Assembly: GCA_041577035.1 (NCBI GenBank)
Contig: JBFGJU010000001.1
Span: 1-50,863, forward strand
Reading direction: 5' to 3'
DNA length: 50,863 nucleotides
Origin: Thermodesulfovibrionales bacterium
GTDB taxonomy: Bacteria; Nitrospirota; Thermodesulfovibrionia; Thermodesulfovibrionales; UBA6898
Under the pieces are notes generated by a model, which searched no databases, was not told the origin of the DNA, and saw nothing but the letters and a program-made list of their open reading frames with translations. Position 1 is the stretch's first letter; every line of letters begins with the position of its first letter. Of the stretch, positions 11,847 through 23,067 are shown piece after piece. Made by a program: the position numbers and the translations under genes.

Positions 11847-12614
11847 ATGAGACAGATACAAATGATGCTTGAATATAATGGGACGGATTACCAGGGATGG
11901 CAGAAACAGAGGACCGGCAGGACTATTCAAGGTATTCTCTGCGAAACAATACAGAGCATTACCGGCGAACAAACGCGACTGACTGCCGCAAGCCGGACAG
12001 ATGCCGGCGTTCATGCCCTCGGCCAGGTAGCAGTCATTGGCACTCGGTCGGGGCTGTCTCCTGATGTCCTGATGAGGGCATGCAATGCGAAACTTCCCGA
12101 TGATATACGAATTCTTCAAGCAACAGAGGTTCACAAAAGTTTTAGCCCACGATATGGAGCACTGAGAAAACGTTATTTTTATATGATTTTTCCTGGAAGA
12201 AATCCATCCGTTTTTTTTAGGCACTATGTGTGGGATATAAAAGCACAGCTGGATCTCGATAAAATGACAAATGCAGCCCAATATTTACTGGGAGAACATG
12301 ACTTTTCATGTTTCAAAGCATCTGGTTGCGGCTCGAAGAGGCCGGTTCGGACTATTTTTTCTCTGGATATTACTACGCATAAAAGTATGAGTTTCATGAA
12401 AGTTCCGATCAAAGGGCATTTTATAAGAATATCAGTTGAGGCAGATGCCTTTCTCAGACATATGGTCAGAAATATCGTTGGAACCCTGGTCGAGATCGGC
12501 AGGGGAACCATGCCGTCCGACATAATGACAGATCTCCTGAAATCTCGTGACAGAAAAAAAGCCGGACCAACCGCCCCTGCAAAGGGACTCTTTCTCGAAA
12601 AGATTATCTACTGA
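11847..12614 (+). CDS. truA: tRNA pseudouridine(38-40) synthase
   Basis: YNGTDYQGWQKQ and the catalytic Asp motif RTDAGVHA. 255 aa. Confidence 0.9.
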   Translation: MRQIQMMLEYNGTDYQGWQKQRTGRTIQGILCETIQSITGEQTRLTAASRTDAGVHALGQVAVIGTRSGLSPDVLMRACNAKLPDDIRILQATEVHKSFSPRYGALRKRYFYMIFPGRNPSVFFRHYVWDIKAQLDLDKMTNAAQYLLGEHDFSCFKASGCGSKRPVRTIFSLDITTHKSMSFMKVPIKGHFIRISVEADAFLRHMVRNIVGTLVEIGRGTMPSDIMTDLLKSRDRKKAGPTAPAKGLFLEKIIY

Positions 12615-13149
12615 ACAGTATATGGAGAATATCAAATCTCAGCACCTTTTCCGCTCCGTATGTGCTGATATTTTTTCTCACCTCAACCAATGCTGCCTCA
12701 GGTTGAGGTGAGCCTGATTTTTTTGAATAAAATTTATCAGCATAACAGATAATTTTTTCTTCAATGGTATTCGGGAGCATATCCCGTTTTGGTAATGGCA
12801 GGCTTTGATTCTCAATATCCGCTTCCGTGATTCCTACACCAACGTGTCTTTCACACACCAGGCTGTGAACGGGAAGGCCTTCATCCTCAAGTAATTTTCT
12901 GCCGAGATATCCGTGGCAGATATAGTCCCTGTCACCGAAACAGCCGAGCACCGGGGCATAAGTCAGAAAAATACCTATATCATGGAGCAGGGCAGCCTCT
13001 CTGATAAACGTCATGTCAGGATTCATGAATGTGAGGTGCTCTGCTATTTTAAGGGCTTTTTCCATCACGAGGGTGCTGTGTTCAGACAGAATCGTCTCAG
13101 ACAAAGACCCGGGATCATAATATTTACGTATTATTGCGATGGGATCCAT
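12604..13149 (-). CDS. HD/HDIG domain phosphohydrolase
   Basis: LLHDIG motif and downstream His/Asp residues. 181 aa. The 3' end overlaps the truA 3' end by 11 nt (convergent). Confidence 0.7.
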   Translation of the reverse strand: MDPIAIIRKYYDPGSLSETILSEHSTLVMEKALKIAEHLTFMNPDMTFIREAALLHDIGIFLTYAPVLGCFGDRDYICHGYLGRKLLEDEGLPVHSLVCERHVGVGITEADIENQSLPLPKRDMLPNTIEEKIICYADKFYSKKSGSPQPEAALVEVRKNISTYGAEKVLRFDILHILFSR

Positions 13150-13315
13150 TCCATGCGTTCCGTGGCTTTTCTTGTAAGTGGCTTATTGAGTATATCATAA
13201 TTCATTCGTCAGTAAAGTACAGCCCCACATATTCTCTGTGGGCAACCGTGTTCTGGGAAAAAACCTTTAAAAACAATTATATTTTGCTATTTCGTATTAT
13301 TTCTTATAAAATAAC

Positions 13316-13344
13316 TTGACAAAGATAGACTAAACTGTTATTAT
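13316..13344 (+). promoter_or_regulatory. near-consensus sigma70 promoter of the dnaJ-hspR-clpB-hsp20 operon
   Basis: TTGACA (13316-13321), a 17-nt spacer, then TATTAT (13339-13344) preceded by TGt (extended -10). It lies 21 nt upstream of the dnaJ ATG. Confidence 0.55.
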
Positions 13345-13364
13345 ATGAACCTATAGGGGGTACT

Positions 13365-14453
13365 ATGGCACCATCTGTGAAGGATTATTATGAAACATTG
13401 GGCATTAACAAGAAGGCCTCGCAGGATGATATAAAAAAGGCTTTCAGGAAGCTTGCCAGAAAGTATCATCCTGATCTGAATCCGGGCGACAAGAACGCAG
13501 AGCTCAGATTCAAGGAAGTAAATGAAGCCTATGAAGTCTTGAGCGATGACAAGAAACGGACTCAGTATGATCAGTTCGGGCATGCAGGGTTCGGTCAGGG
13601 CGGTCCGGGATTTGATTTCAGGACATATACGTCCGGCGACCGATTCGATTTTGGGGGATTCGGTGATATATTCTCAGATGTATTTGGTACGGGCTCTGGT
13701 TTTGAACGGACCGATGCCCGTGGCCCCGATCTTCTCATGTCGCTGAGTCTATCACTCGAAGAGGCTTATAAAGGTGTAAAGAAACCCATATCTTTTAATA
13801 GAGAGATTTCATGCAGACACTGTAAAGGGTTAGGTGCCGAAACCTATTCACAGTGCGATCGCTGTAGAGGTACGGGAAAGATAGCAACCTCCAAGGGATT
13901 TTTTAAAATGTCACAGCACTGTAATGCCGGTGGCGGATCCGGAAGGAAGGTAACAAAAAGCTGTAAGCCGTGCGGAGGCAGGGGGAAGATGCTGAAGGCA
14001 GAAACCATAACGGTTAAAATTCCGGCCGGGGCAGATACTGGCTCTAAGGTTCGTGTTACCGGAAAGGGAGGTGCCGGAGAAGGCAGTGGGTCTCCCGGTG
14101 ACCTTTATATTGAAATTACCGTGCAATCAGATCCGCTCTTTACCCGAAAAGGAGACAATGTCTATATTGATATTCCGGTAACCTTTGGCGAAGCCGTGCT
14201 CGGGGCCAAAATAAAAGTTCCGACAATTGACGGCATGACCGCGATGACACTTCCGCCCGGAACACACGGAGGGCAGAAATTCAAGCTTTCAGGCAAGGGA
14301 TTTCCCTCTGCGCGAACGGGACGAAAAGGTGATCAATATGTGAGCATAAAAATTGCCGTACCACATAATGTGCCGGAGCATGGCGTACAATCGATTCGAG
14401 AGGTAGAAGCCCTCTACAGAGAATCACCGCGAAAAGGCATGGTGAGAAAATAA
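13365..14453 (+). CDS. dnaJ: DnaJ-class co-chaperone (J domain, G/F region, Cys-repeat domain, C-terminal domains)
   Basis: J domain with HPD (KYHPDLNP), a G/F-rich linker and the CxxCxGxG repeats [16 protein letters not shown] and CKPCGGRG. The third repeat position is degenerate (CNAGGGSG). Confidence 0.85.
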   Translation: MAPSVKDYYETLGINKKASQDDIKKAFRKLARKYHPDLNPGDKNAELRFKEVNEAYEVLSDDKKRTQYDQFGHAGFGQGGPGFDFRTYTSGDRFDFGGFGDIFSDVFGTGSGFERTDARGPDLLMSLSLSLEEAYKGVKKPISFNREISCRHCKGLGAETYSQCDRCRGTGKIATSKGFFKMSQHCNAGGGSGRKVTKSCKPCGGRGKMLKAETITVKIPAGADTGSKVRVTGKGGAGEGSGSPGDLYIEITVQSDPLFTRKGDNVYIDIPVTFGEAVLGAKIKVPTIDGMTAMTLPPGTHGGQKFKLSGKGFPSARTGRKGDQYVSIKIAVPHNVPEHGVQSIREVEALYRESPRKGMVRK

Positions 14454-14800
14454 TGAATAAAAGAGATAAAGATTATCCATTATATTTAATCAGCGTGGTC
14501 TGCGAGATGCTCAATGTGCATCCCCAGACATTGCGGCTCTATGAAAAAGAGGGGTTAATTTCTCCTCAAAGAAATAATAAACAACGGTTATATTCGGACA
14601 GCGATGTAGAAAGACTGAGCTTTATTCTTCAGCTTACCAGAGAACTTGGCGTTAATAAGGCCGGTGTAGATATTATTCTCAGAATGAAGCACCGGATGGA
14701 AATCATGCAGAAGGAAATTGAAGAGATGATGGATGCCCTTGATGATGAAATCAGGCGAGACCTTGAAGATAAATTCAGAAAGGCATTAGAAGAAGAGTGA
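14453..14800 (+). CDS. hspR: MerR-family heat-shock repressor, HspR/CbpM-like
   Basis: MerR-type HTH ([30 protein letters not shown]). The ATG overlaps the dnaJ stop (TAATG). It sits between dnaJ and clpB, as in HspR regulons. Confidence 0.75.
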   Translation: MNKRDKDYPLYLISVVCEMLNVHPQTLRLYEKEGLISPQRNNKQRLYSDSDVERLSFILQLTRELGVNKAGVDIILRMKHRMEIMQKEIEEMMDALDDEIRRDLEDKFRKALEEE

Positions 14801-14810
14801 GGAGGATACT

Positions 14811-17450
14811 ATGGATAAATTTACCATAAAGAGTCAGGAAGCTATCCAGAATGCTCAACGGCTTGCAGAACAGAAAGGGCATCAGCAGATCGATGCAGAG
14901 CATCTCTTCTGGGTCATTCTTGACGATCAGGAAGGAGTTGCAACACAGCTGCTTCGAAGGATAGGCATTGATACCGGCGTCTTGCAGAAGGATGTCGGGG
15001 AGGCGCTTGACAAACTTCCCAAAGTAATCAGCGCGACACCTGTTGGGCAGATTTATATTACCCCGAGACTGAAAGATATTTTTGAGCGTGCGACAAAAGA
15101 AGCAGAGCACTTGAAAGATGAATATGTCAGTGTGGAACACCTGCTGCTCGCAATACGCTCGGCTGGTGGTGCGGCTTCAGAGCTGCTTCAGAAATACGGT
15201 GCTGACGCCGCAAAAATACTTACTGCGATGAAGGAAATCAGAGGAGCGCAACGCGTTACCGACCAGAATCCTGAAGACAAATATCAGGCCCTGAAAAAAT
15301 TCAGCAGGGATCTCACTGAACTGGCTGCAAAAGGAAAGCTTGATCCCGTTATCGGAAGGGACGAAGAAATTCGGCGGATTATCCAGGTGCTGTCACGAAG
15401 GACTAAAAACAATCCGGTGCTTATTGGCGAACCGGGTGTGGGAAAAACAGCCATGGCAGAAGGACTGGCGCAGCGGATTGTCGCAGGCGATGTTCCTGAA
15501 ACTCTGAAGAATAAAAAAGTCGTCGCGCTTGATATGGGTGCCTTGATAGCCGGATCAAAGTTCAGAGGAGAATTTGAAGATCGACTGAAAGCGGTATTGA
15601 AAGAGATAGAAGAGGCAGAAGGCAGAGTCATTCTCTTTATTGACGAGATGCATACGCTCGTTGGAGCCGGTGCTGCCGAGGGGGCAATTGACGCATCCAA
15701 CATGCTCAAGCCTGCTCTTGCACGGGGTGATCTCAGGTGTGTCGGCGCGACGACACTGGGTGAGTACAGAAAGCATATTGAGAAAGATCCGGCTCTTGAA
15801 AGAAGATTTCAGCCGGTCTTTGTGAAAGAGCCAGGTGTTGAAGATACGATTTCTATCCTGCGGGGGCTCAAAGAAAAATATGAAGTACACCACGGGGTAA
15901 AAATCAAGGATGCAGCTCTGATATCAGCCGCGGCTCTCTCAAACCGGTATATAACAGACCGTTTCCTGCCTGATAAAGCGATAGACCTTATCGATGAATC
16001 TGCTTCAAAGCTCAGAATGGAAATAGACAGTATGCCGGTAGAACTGGATGAGATAGAGAGAAGATTGAGACAGCTCGAAATAGAAAAGAAGGCGGTTACC
16101 AAGGAGAGCACACAGTCATCAGACGGAAAGCTCGAAAAAATCAACCGGGAAATGGCCGAACTGCGGGTACGAAGAGATGAACTTCGTGCACAATGGATAA
16201 CTGAAAAGGAGATCATTAAGCGGATGCGTACCTATAAGGAACAGATCGAACAGACGAAAGTTGCATCTGAAAAAGCAGAACGCGAAGGCGATCTCACCAA
16301 AGCTGCTGAACTGAAATACGGAAAACTGCTTGAATTGCAAAGATCACTCGAAACAGAAAATGCTCAGTTGATTGAGGCCCAGAGCAGAAGAAAAATGCTC
16401 AAGGAAGAAGTTGATGAAGAGGATATTGCAGAAGTCATATCAAAATGGACGGGAATTCCTGTTTCGAAAATGCTGGAAACAGAGGTGGAGAAACTGCTTC
16501 ATATGGAAGAACGTCTCAAAATGAGGGTCGTTGGACAGGATGTGGCCATAGAAGCAGTAACCAATGCGGTCAGACGGGCGCGCGCAGGGATACAGGATCC
16601 GAACAAACCAATCGGTTCTTTTATCTTCCTCGGCCCTACTGGTGTGGGGAAAACAGAGCTTGCGCGGGCACTTGCTGAATTCATGTTTGACGATGAAAAT
16701 GCCATGGTGCGAATCGATATGTCTGAATATCAGGAACGTCACACGGTCTCACGCCTTATCGGTGCACCTCCCGGCTACGTTGGATATGAGGAAGGCGGGC
16801 AGCTGACCGAGGCGGTTCGGCGGAGACCATATGCGGCTATCCTGTTTGATGAAATAGAGAAGGCGCACCCTGAGGTTTTCAATCTGCTCCTACAGTTGCT
16901 CGATGACGGCAGGCTGACCGACAGCCATGGAAAAACGGTGGACTTCAGAAATACCATTGTCATCATGACGTCCAATATCGGAAGCGAGCATATTCAGGAA
17001 ATGCTGACTGAACGAGAAAAACATCCGTCTGCGTACTGGGTAGATGATTCGGCGAACAGTTTTAAAGGAAAGGTCATGGAGGACCTCAAGACTTCCTTTA
17101 AGCCTGAGTTCCTGAACCGTGTTGATGAAATCATTATCTTCAACCCTTTGACAAAAGAGCTGCTCAAGCAGATTGTGGACATACAGCTTGAGAGAATGAA
17201 GACGTATATCAGAGAAAAAAATATTGATGTAAAACTGACCGAACGGGCGAAAGAGCACTTTGCAGAAATAGGCTTTGATCCGATCTATGGAGCACGCCCT
17301 CTGAAACGGGTGCTGCAAAAAATGGTTTTGAATGAACTGGCCCGGAAAATCCTTGATGGGACCTTTGGTGAAGGAGTTTCTGTGAACGTTGATTACGCGG
17401 ACGGTCAGATGGTATTCAGCAAGGTTGCAACAGCTGAAATGAGTTCTTAA
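14811..17450 (+). CDS. clpB: ATP-dependent disaggregase ClpB
   Basis: 879 aa. Clp N-domain, Walker A motifs GEPGVGKT and GPTGVGKT, and a long coiled-coil middle domain. SD GAGGAGG. Confidence 0.95.
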   Translation: MDKFTIKSQEAIQNAQRLAEQKGHQQIDAEHLFWVILDDQEGVATQLLRRIGIDTGVLQKDVGEALDKLPKVISATPVGQIYITPRLKDIFERATKEAEHLKDEYVSVEHLLLAIRSAGGAASELLQKYGADAAKILTAMKEIRGAQRVTDQNPEDKYQALKKFSRDLTELAAKGKLDPVIGRDEEIRRIIQVLSRRTKNNPVLIGEPGVGKTAMAEGLAQRIVAGDVPETLKNKKVVALDMGALIAGSKFRGEFEDRLKAVLKEIEEAEGRVILFIDEMHTLVGAGAAEGAIDASNMLKPALARGDLRCVGATTLGEYRKHIEKDPALERRFQPVFVKEPGVEDTISILRGLKEKYEVHHGVKIKDAALISAAALSNRYITDRFLPDKAIDLIDESASKLRMEIDSMPVELDEIERRLRQLEIEKKAVTKESTQSSDGKLEKINREMAELRVRRDELRAQWITEKEIIKRMRTYKEQIEQTKVASEKAEREGDLTKAAELKYGKLLELQRSLETENAQLIEAQSRRKMLKEEVDEEDIAEVISKWTGIPVSKMLETEVEKLLHMEERLKMRVVGQDVAIEAVTNAVRRARAGIQDPNKPIGSFIFLGPTGVGKTELARALAEFMFDDENAMVRIDMSEYQERHTVSRLIGAPPGYVGYEEGGQLTEAVRRRPYAAILFDEIEKAHPEVFNLLLQLLDDGRLTDSHGKTVDFRNTIVIMTSNIGSEHIQEMLTEREKHPSAYWVDDSANSFKGKVMEDLKTSFKPEFLNRVDEIIIFNPLTKELLKQIVDIQLERMKTYIREKNIDVKLTERAKEHFAEIGFDPIYGARPLKRVLQKMVLNELARKILDGTFGEGVSVNVDYADGQMVFSKVATAEMSS

Positions 17451-17512
17451 TCTGGCTACGAAGGAATACGGATGAAGTATAAAAACACATTAAAGATAAA
17501 GGAGGTATATAG

Positions 17513-17950
17513 ATGAAACTGGTAACATTGAGACCATTGTCAGATATGGACAGATTTTTTGAGAATCTAATCGATCTGGGACTACGGGGTTCGTTCAATC
17601 AGAAGAGCATGAAGACAGGTGCCCCGGCTCCAAAGGTCGACATATTTGAAAAGAACGGCTCCCTTGTGGTTAAGGCAGATATTCCCGGTGTTACGAAAGA
17701 GAATGTCGATATCTCGATTACCAAAGACGCATTGACAATCAAGGGCGAAATCAGTAAGGAAAAGGAATTGAGAGAAGAAGACTACTATTCACTCGAGCGT
17801 CAGTCCGGAACCTTCATCCGGACAATCCCGATTACTCATGCAGTTGAGACTGATAAGGCAAGGGCGAATTATGAAAATGGTGTTCTCGAGATCATTCTGC
17901 CGAAGAAAGAAAAAGCAAAACCGAAAACCATAACGGTGACCGGGAACTGA
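17513..17950 (+). CDS. Hsp20/alpha-crystallin small heat-shock protein
   Basis: SD AAGGAGG. Alpha-crystallin domain (DIFEKNGSLVVKADIPGV...ANYENGVLEIILPK). Confidence 0.9.
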   Translation: MKLVTLRPLSDMDRFFENLIDLGLRGSFNQKSMKTGAPAPKVDIFEKNGSLVVKADIPGVTKENVDISITKDALTIKGEISKEKELREEDYYSLERQSGTFIRTIPITHAVETDKARANYENGVLEIILPKKEKAKPKTITVTGN

Positions 17951-17963
17951 CAGCGTTCTGGCA

Positions 17964-17993
17964 GCAGGGGCTTCCAGCCCCTGCTTTTTTTTT
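17964..17993 (+). terminator. intrinsic terminator of the heat-shock operon
   Basis: GCAGGGGC (17964-17971), loop TTCCA, GCCCCTGC (17977-17984), then nine T residues. Confidence 0.85.
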
Positions 17994-18122
17994 CAGAGGA
18001 GATCGTTTGTGGGTGATCAGGATCTGTGATACAGTGGCTGTATATCGTGATGCATGAACGAAACGAATACGATGAACATGAGAAAGTAACTCACGGTATA
18101 TTCTTTTTGGAGGAGGTTTGTC

Positions 18123-18425
18123 ATGGCACATGAAGGATTACATGAGCCCATCAGTGAATTGAGCGGGGAAACGAAAAATATGCATCGGGCTCTTATCTCG
18201 CTCATCGAAGAGCTGGAAGCAGTAAACTGGTATAACCAGCGGGCAGATGTCTGTAAGGACAAAGAACTCAGGGAAATACTGCTCCATAACCGGGATGAAG
18301 AAAAAGAACATGCTGCCATGCTTCTTGAGTGGATCAGGAGACAGGATGAATCCTTTTCAAAGGAATTAAAAGACTATCTCTTTACGGAAAAGTCTATAGC
18401 AGGACTCGAGCAAGAAGGAAAATAA
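18123..18425 (+). CDS. encapsulated-ferritin (EncFtn)-like ferritin-fold protein, stand-alone
   Basis: SD GGAGGAGG. 100 aa. EELEAVNWYNQR and HNRDEEKEHAAMLLEWIRR closely resemble the EncFtn family as I remember it from Rhodospirillum rubrum. The protein ends shortly after the helical domain. Confidence 0.65.
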   Translation: MAHEGLHEPISELSGETKNMHRALISLIEELEAVNWYNQRADVCKDKELREILLHNRDEEKEHAAMLLEWIRRQDESFSKELKDYLFTEKSIAGLEQEGK

Positions 18426-18516
18426 ATATAAAATGGACATATTCAGTCACTGGGTATATCCATCTATCCGGCAAACGGAAAGACAGTACGCCTAGAGAAG
18501 CGGAGCAGTCGTACTG

Positions 18517-20304
18517 CTACCCAAGGCGCTTTCTAAATTCCTCAAGCTGCTTTTTCAGACGTTCCGGCAGGCGAGTACCAAACTGGGCAAAGTGCTGTTC
18601 GATATCCGGCAGCTCGTTCTTCCATGCTTCAACATCAATCTCCAGCAGTTCCTTCATTTCCTGAGGCGATAGTTCGAGACCCGCGGTGTCAAGGGCGCCC
18701 TCTTTTGGAAGCAATCCTATGGGGGTCTTTTCAGCTTCTACCGCACCGGCCACTCTCTCACACATCCATTTCAATACTCTGCTGTTTTCACCGAACCCCG
18801 GCCACAGGAATTTCCCGTCAGGGCTTTTCCGGAACCAGTTTACATAAAAGATCTTCGGCTGTCTGTTTCCCAGCTTGTCTCCCATCTGAAGCCAGTGCTG
18901 GAAATAATCACCCATGTTATATCCGCAAAAGGGTTTCATCGCAAAGGGGTCTCGCCTGAGGTTGCCGACAGCGCCGATATTAGCACTTGTTGTTTCAGAA
19001 GCAGCGGTTGCTCCGAGAAAAACGCCATGGTCCCAGTTATATGCCTCATTTACGAGGGGCACGACGGTTGCTCGGCGACCACCGAAAATAAAGATATCTA
19101 TAGGTACTCCCTCTGGTTTTTCCCAGTCTCTGCAGATAACGGGACACTGTGCAGCAGGCGCAGTGAAACGGGCATTCGGATGTGATGCATCCCTGTTGCT
19201 CCCCGGGGTCCAGTCATTGCCTTTCCAGTCGATCAGGTGAGCGGGGGCCTCATCAGTCATGCCTTCCCACCAGACATCGCTATCGTCTGTCAATGCGCAG
19301 TTCGTAAAAATAACATTTTCTTTAAGCGTATCCATGGCCATTGGATTTGATTGATCGGATGTACCGGGCGCCACACCAAAAAAGCCGGATTCAGGATTAA
19401 TGGCATACAGGCGTCCGTCGGGACCGATCTTCATCCACGCAATATCATCCCCAACGCATTCACATTTCCAGTCCTCGATCGTGGGCTGCATCATGGCCAG
19501 ATTGGTTTTTCCGCATGCAGAGGGAAAGGCACCAGCGATATGGAACTGCCTCCCCTCAGGATTTGTCAGGCGGAGAATCAGCATATGTTCTGCCATCCAT
19601 CCTTCGCGGTGAGCCATAGCTGAAGCGATCCTCAGGGCGAGACACTTTTTCCCGAGCAGGGCATTGCCGCCATACCCGGAGCCATACGACCATATGAGAT
19701 TCTCATCCGGGAAATGGCTGATATATTTCTGTTCCATTGGTGCACAGGGCCAGGCTACGTCTTTTTGGCCTTTTTCCAGTGGAGCACCAATAGAATGCAG
19801 ACAGGGAATGAATGTTCCATCAGCGGAAAGAGCTTCAAGGACCCGCGTGCCGACCCGCGTCATAATGTGCATGTTACAGACGACATAGGGACTGTCGGTT
19901 ATTTCGATCCCTATCTTCGAAATCGGAGAACCAATAGGCCCCATGGAAAATGGGATAACATACATGGTCCGACCTTTCATGCAGCCGGTATACAGATCGG
20001 TCATGGTGGTCTTAAGCTTACCCGGATCTATCCAGTTGTTTGTTGGCCCTGCCTCGTCCTGTGAAGGGGTACTGATATAGGTACGGTCTTCAACGCGGGC
20101 GACGTCACTCGGGTCTGAACGGAACAGAAAACTGTTCGGGCGTTTTTTCAGGGGAGTGGCACTCCCGGCCGAAATGAGCCGTGCAATCATCTGGTCATAT
20201 TCTTTCTGAGTTCCATCGCATACATATACGTCGTCAGGCTGGCACAGATCAGCTACTTCCTGCACCCATTGTTTAAGTTTTTCATTTTTTAGTTTCGAAA
20301 TCAT
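18517..20304 (-). CDS. pckG: phosphoenolpyruvate carboxykinase (GTP)
   Basis: 595 aa. Kinase-1a loop [15 protein letters not shown]. Overall GTP-PEPCK layout. Confidence 0.93.
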   Translation of the reverse strand: MISKLKNEKLKQWVQEVADLCQPDDVYVCDGTQKEYDQMIARLISAGSATPLKKRPNSFLFRSDPSDVARVEDRTYISTPSQDEAGPTNNWIDPGKLKTTMTDLYTGCMKGRTMYVIPFSMGPIGSPISKIGIEITDSPYVVCNMHIMTRVGTRVLEALSADGTFIPCLHSIGAPLEKGQKDVAWPCAPMEQKYISHFPDENLIWSYGSGYGGNALLGKKCLALRIASAMAHREGWMAEHMLILRLTNPEGRQFHIAGAFPSACGKTNLAMMQPTIEDWKCECVGDDIAWMKIGPDGRLYAINPESGFFGVAPGTSDQSNPMAMDTLKENVIFTNCALTDDSDVWWEGMTDEAPAHLIDWKGNDWTPGSNRDASHPNARFTAPAAQCPVICRDWEKPEGVPIDIFIFGGRRATVVPLVNEAYNWDHGVFLGATAASETTSANIGAVGNLRRDPFAMKPFCGYNMGDYFQHWLQMGDKLGNRQPKIFYVNWFRKSPDGKFLWPGFGENSRVLKWMCERVAGAVEAEKTPIGLLPKEGALDTAGLELSPQEMKELLEIDVEAWKNELPDIEQHFAQFGTRLPERLKKQLEEFRKRLG

Positions 20305-20593
20305 ACCAGCTTTTCCCCCAAAAAAATTATTTAATTATATTAGCGTACAGATATATATCAGGCTATGCATTGTATCATATTTTCGGTCTCTGATGGATAC
20401 TTTTCGCTATACGTTGTGCTTCTTCGTGGTGCCATGAAATCTGATGCGGCACGATGGCTGGTTTATAAAAATACTCCTCCGAAGCATACAATCAGTATAT
20501 ATAAACGTCGTGAACATTCTGAAAAAATTATCTGCCGGAATAAACACCAAAATAAAGCGCCAAAATATATAAGAAAAAAATTGTGGCCGGAAA

Positions 20594-21187
20594 CTATCCT
20601 CGCCAGTAACGTACATTCCCGACATCTATGTGAACAAAATTGAGATGCGGGTAATAACCAACACCTCCACCCTGCAACTGCTTGGCTGTATTGCGGAGTT
20701 TTTTCAGGTTATGCCTGGGGAGACGTATGTCAACAGCCTTGCCGAACTGATGAAGGCTGTTTTTTGCTACGCCCCTGTTCTTCTTTCGTAACGTAGCGTT
20801 TGTCCGGGGCGATCGATAGCCTGATATAATATGGAATGGTGCATCAGTGCGTAATGTGCTATGGAGCTTATAGAGAAGATCAAGAAGCTCGGTATCTATC
20901 GGCTTGACATCTCCTGTCCTGTGATCACGGAGTATGTGATTGATCTTTGCCAGTTCATCAGGGAGATATTCGCCCTGACACCAGTACCTGGCGGTGAGAT
21001 ATTCATCAGTGTGCGTGTTCATGAACGAAAGCTGTTTTTCCGGTACGAATATATCGGATGCCGCGTCAATAACACCGGACGGGATGATCGTTGAGGCCGC
21101 AGTGGCAACCCCGAGCAGGAGAAGATCTCTTCTGCTTATACCCGTCGATTCTGTAGTGAAACCCTTTCTCCTGCAGCCTCTAAGCAC
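20594..21187 (-). CDS. mepK: DUF882/peptidase M15 family protein (YcbK/MepK-like murein endopeptidase), Tat-exported
   Basis: SD AAGGAGG lies 7 nt before GTG 21187; the ORF-track ATG at 21244 lacks an SD. Twin-arginine motif SRRDLLLLG. C-terminal LHQFGKAVDIRL and NFVHIDVG metal-ligand motifs. Confidence 0.75.
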   Translation of the reverse strand: MLRGCRRKGFTTESTGISRRDLLLLGVATAASTIIPSGVIDAASDIFVPEKQLSFMNTHTDEYLTARYWCQGEYLPDELAKINHILRDHRTGDVKPIDTELLDLLYKLHSTLRTDAPFHIISGYRSPRTNATLRKKNRGVAKNSLHQFGKAVDIRLPRHNLKKLRNTAKQLQGGGVGYYPHLNFVHIDVGNVRYWRG

Positions 21188-21342
21188 CTCTTTGCCTCCT
21201 TCACAAACGGTACTATTATACCGTATCTCTATAATATAATGCACGAATTATGCCAAAAGAATAATGCTTTGATTTTATATGATATTTGTGCACCTGCTGC
21301 GGGAAATACCTCACATGAAGCGCGGTATGTCCAGATGTATGC

Positions 21343-23067
21343 TCAGAGGGGAGGTTTTTTCAGGGCTTTGTCAAGCCGCTCATCTCTGTTGTAGATATCC
21401 TCCCGAAACTGAACGAGACCATTTGTATCAACCCATGCAGTCAGATAGAGAATATGAACACGTATTGGGTGCTTCAAACGCACTCTTTGTGTTTCGCCGC
21501 TGTCAACGGCTTCCAAAATCTTTTCTTTTGTCCATTCATGATCATTCTGTAAAAGATATACTGCAGCATCAATTGGCTGGCTCAGGCGTATACATCCGTG
21601 ACTGAATGTCCTGACATTTTTTTCGAATAGTGCCCTGTGGGGAGTGTCATGCAGATAAACATTGAATTCATTTGGAAACATGAATTTAATACGTCCGAGC
21701 GGGTTACGCGGTCCCGGTTCCTGACGCAGCCGGTACGGAAAGTTTTCTCCAGTAACTGTTGTCCAGTCGATCAACAGCGGATCTATGCGTTCAGCAGTTT
21801 CGCCCCAGCCGTCCAGAACGGTGAAATTCTGTTCTGTGAGATAGGTGGGATCATTTTTTATTTTCGGAAGGAGATCATCCTGCAGAATACTATTAGGAAC
21901 ATTCCATGTTGGATTTATTTCAAGATATGTCATCTCCGCACTAAATACCGGCGTATGCCAATAGGGTTTGCCAACAATAACCTTCATTGCCAGGACAGTT
22001 TTCCTGTCTTCAACAACCTCAAGTCGGTAATCGGCGATGTTAACGAGAATATATTGAGAACCCAGATTTCTGAAACTCCAGCGAAGACGTTCCAGATTCA
22101 GTTCGATCTGGCGCACCCGTTCTTGAACAGAGACATTCAGCTCACGTATTGTTTTGGGGCCAACCACACCATCTGGATAGAGACCGTGCCGCCCCTGGAA
22201 CCGGAGTACAGCCTTTTCGATCGCATGGTTGTACAGATCTCCTGTATCTTCTGCTTCAGGGGAAAGATCGCCGGATCGTATCAGTCGCTGACGTAATGCG
22301 GAAACGCGGGCGTCCCGCATCCCGATTTTCAGTACACTGCCCGGCGACACTACTGTCCAGCCGCCCTTTGATTGAATTGAGCGATGCGCTGACAGCGCCT
22401 GCCTGAGTCTATGGTACATTTTTTCGCGGGGAATAAGGTTTCTCAACGACTCTTTGATAGTATTTTCTTGCAAACCCTTTTCCAGGACCGCAATGACATC
22501 AATGACTCCATTATCTGAAAACCATTCTGCTTCTACAGCTATCGGATTCACGCACCCTGAAGAAAGATGACAGCTTAGGAGAAAAAAGGCATCGGAAAGC
22601 AGCAGGTCGAGCTCAGCAGACTTTTTCCAGTGAGCAGAAGCTAACTGTGTATCGATGAGCTGAACTTCGCGAAGGAGCAGTTTGATCTTGTTCAAATGAT
22701 AATATTCCGGGATCAGACCATCAGCATACGCTTCCTGTATTGCATCGAGCAGCTCGTGTGCCCGGGACATTCTTATGTCATAGTTGAGCCATGCAGGCCT
22801 GAAATTTCTCTGCTTATAGAACCTTTTAACCATTGCCACATCAAGAATCCGCTCATCCTGTATCATAATGTTCCCGCCAGTGTTATGGTCTGAAAGAACC
22901 TGGGTAATGACTTCAGCTACTCGAAATTCTTCTGTCCCGGAGGCAGCGGGTTCCCAGGGAATGAGCACGAAGCACCAGCAGAGAAAGCAAGAAAGAATGA
23001 ACAGAGCAGATTTATGTATCGTATGAGCCAGAGCCTGATAGGCCTCTTGAAGAACAGAGCGGGTCAT
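21343..23067 (-). CDS. ldtD: L,D-transpeptidase, YcbB/LdtD-like
   Basis: 574 aa. N-terminal anchor, PG-binding repeat (LRFQGRHGLYPDGVVGPKT) and YkuD catalytic motif SHGCIRL. It is adjacent to the ycbK-like gene, as in E. coli. Confidence 0.8.
   Translation of the reverse strand: MTRSVLQEAYQALAHTIHKSALFILSCFLCWCFVLIPWEPAASGTEEFRVAEVITQVLSDHNTGGNIMIQDERILDVAMVKRFYKQRNFRPAWLNYDIRMSRAHELLDAIQEAYADGLIPEYYHLNKIKLLLREVQLIDTQLASAHWKKSAELDLLLSDAFFLLSCHLSSGCVNPIAVEAEWFSDNGVIDVIAVLEKGLQENTIKESLRNLIPREKMYHRLRQALSAHRSIQSKGGWTVVSPGSVLKIGMRDARVSALRQRLIRSGDLSPEAEDTGDLYNHAIEKAVLRFQGRHGLYPDGVVGPKTIRELNVSVQERVRQIELNLERLRWSFRNLGSQYILVNIADYRLEVVEDRKTVLAMKVIVGKPYWHTPVFSAEMTYLEINPTWNVPNSILQDDLLPKIKNDPTYLTEQNFTVLDGWGETAERIDPLLIDWTTVTGENFPYRLRQEPGPRNPLGRIKFMFPNEFNVYLHDTPHRALFEKNVRTFSHGCIRLSQPIDAAVYLLQNDHEWTKEKILEAVDSGETQRVRLKHPIRVHILYLTAWVDTNGLVQFREDIYNRDERLDKALKKPPL

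Noticed and set aside
18483-18515. Hairpins (CAGTACG...CGTACTG; GCAGT-cgt-ACTGC) between the convergent EncFtn-like and pckG genes, as a possible bidirectional terminator.
   Set aside because: The stems are short and there is no U-tract on either strand. This is too weak to annotate as a terminator.
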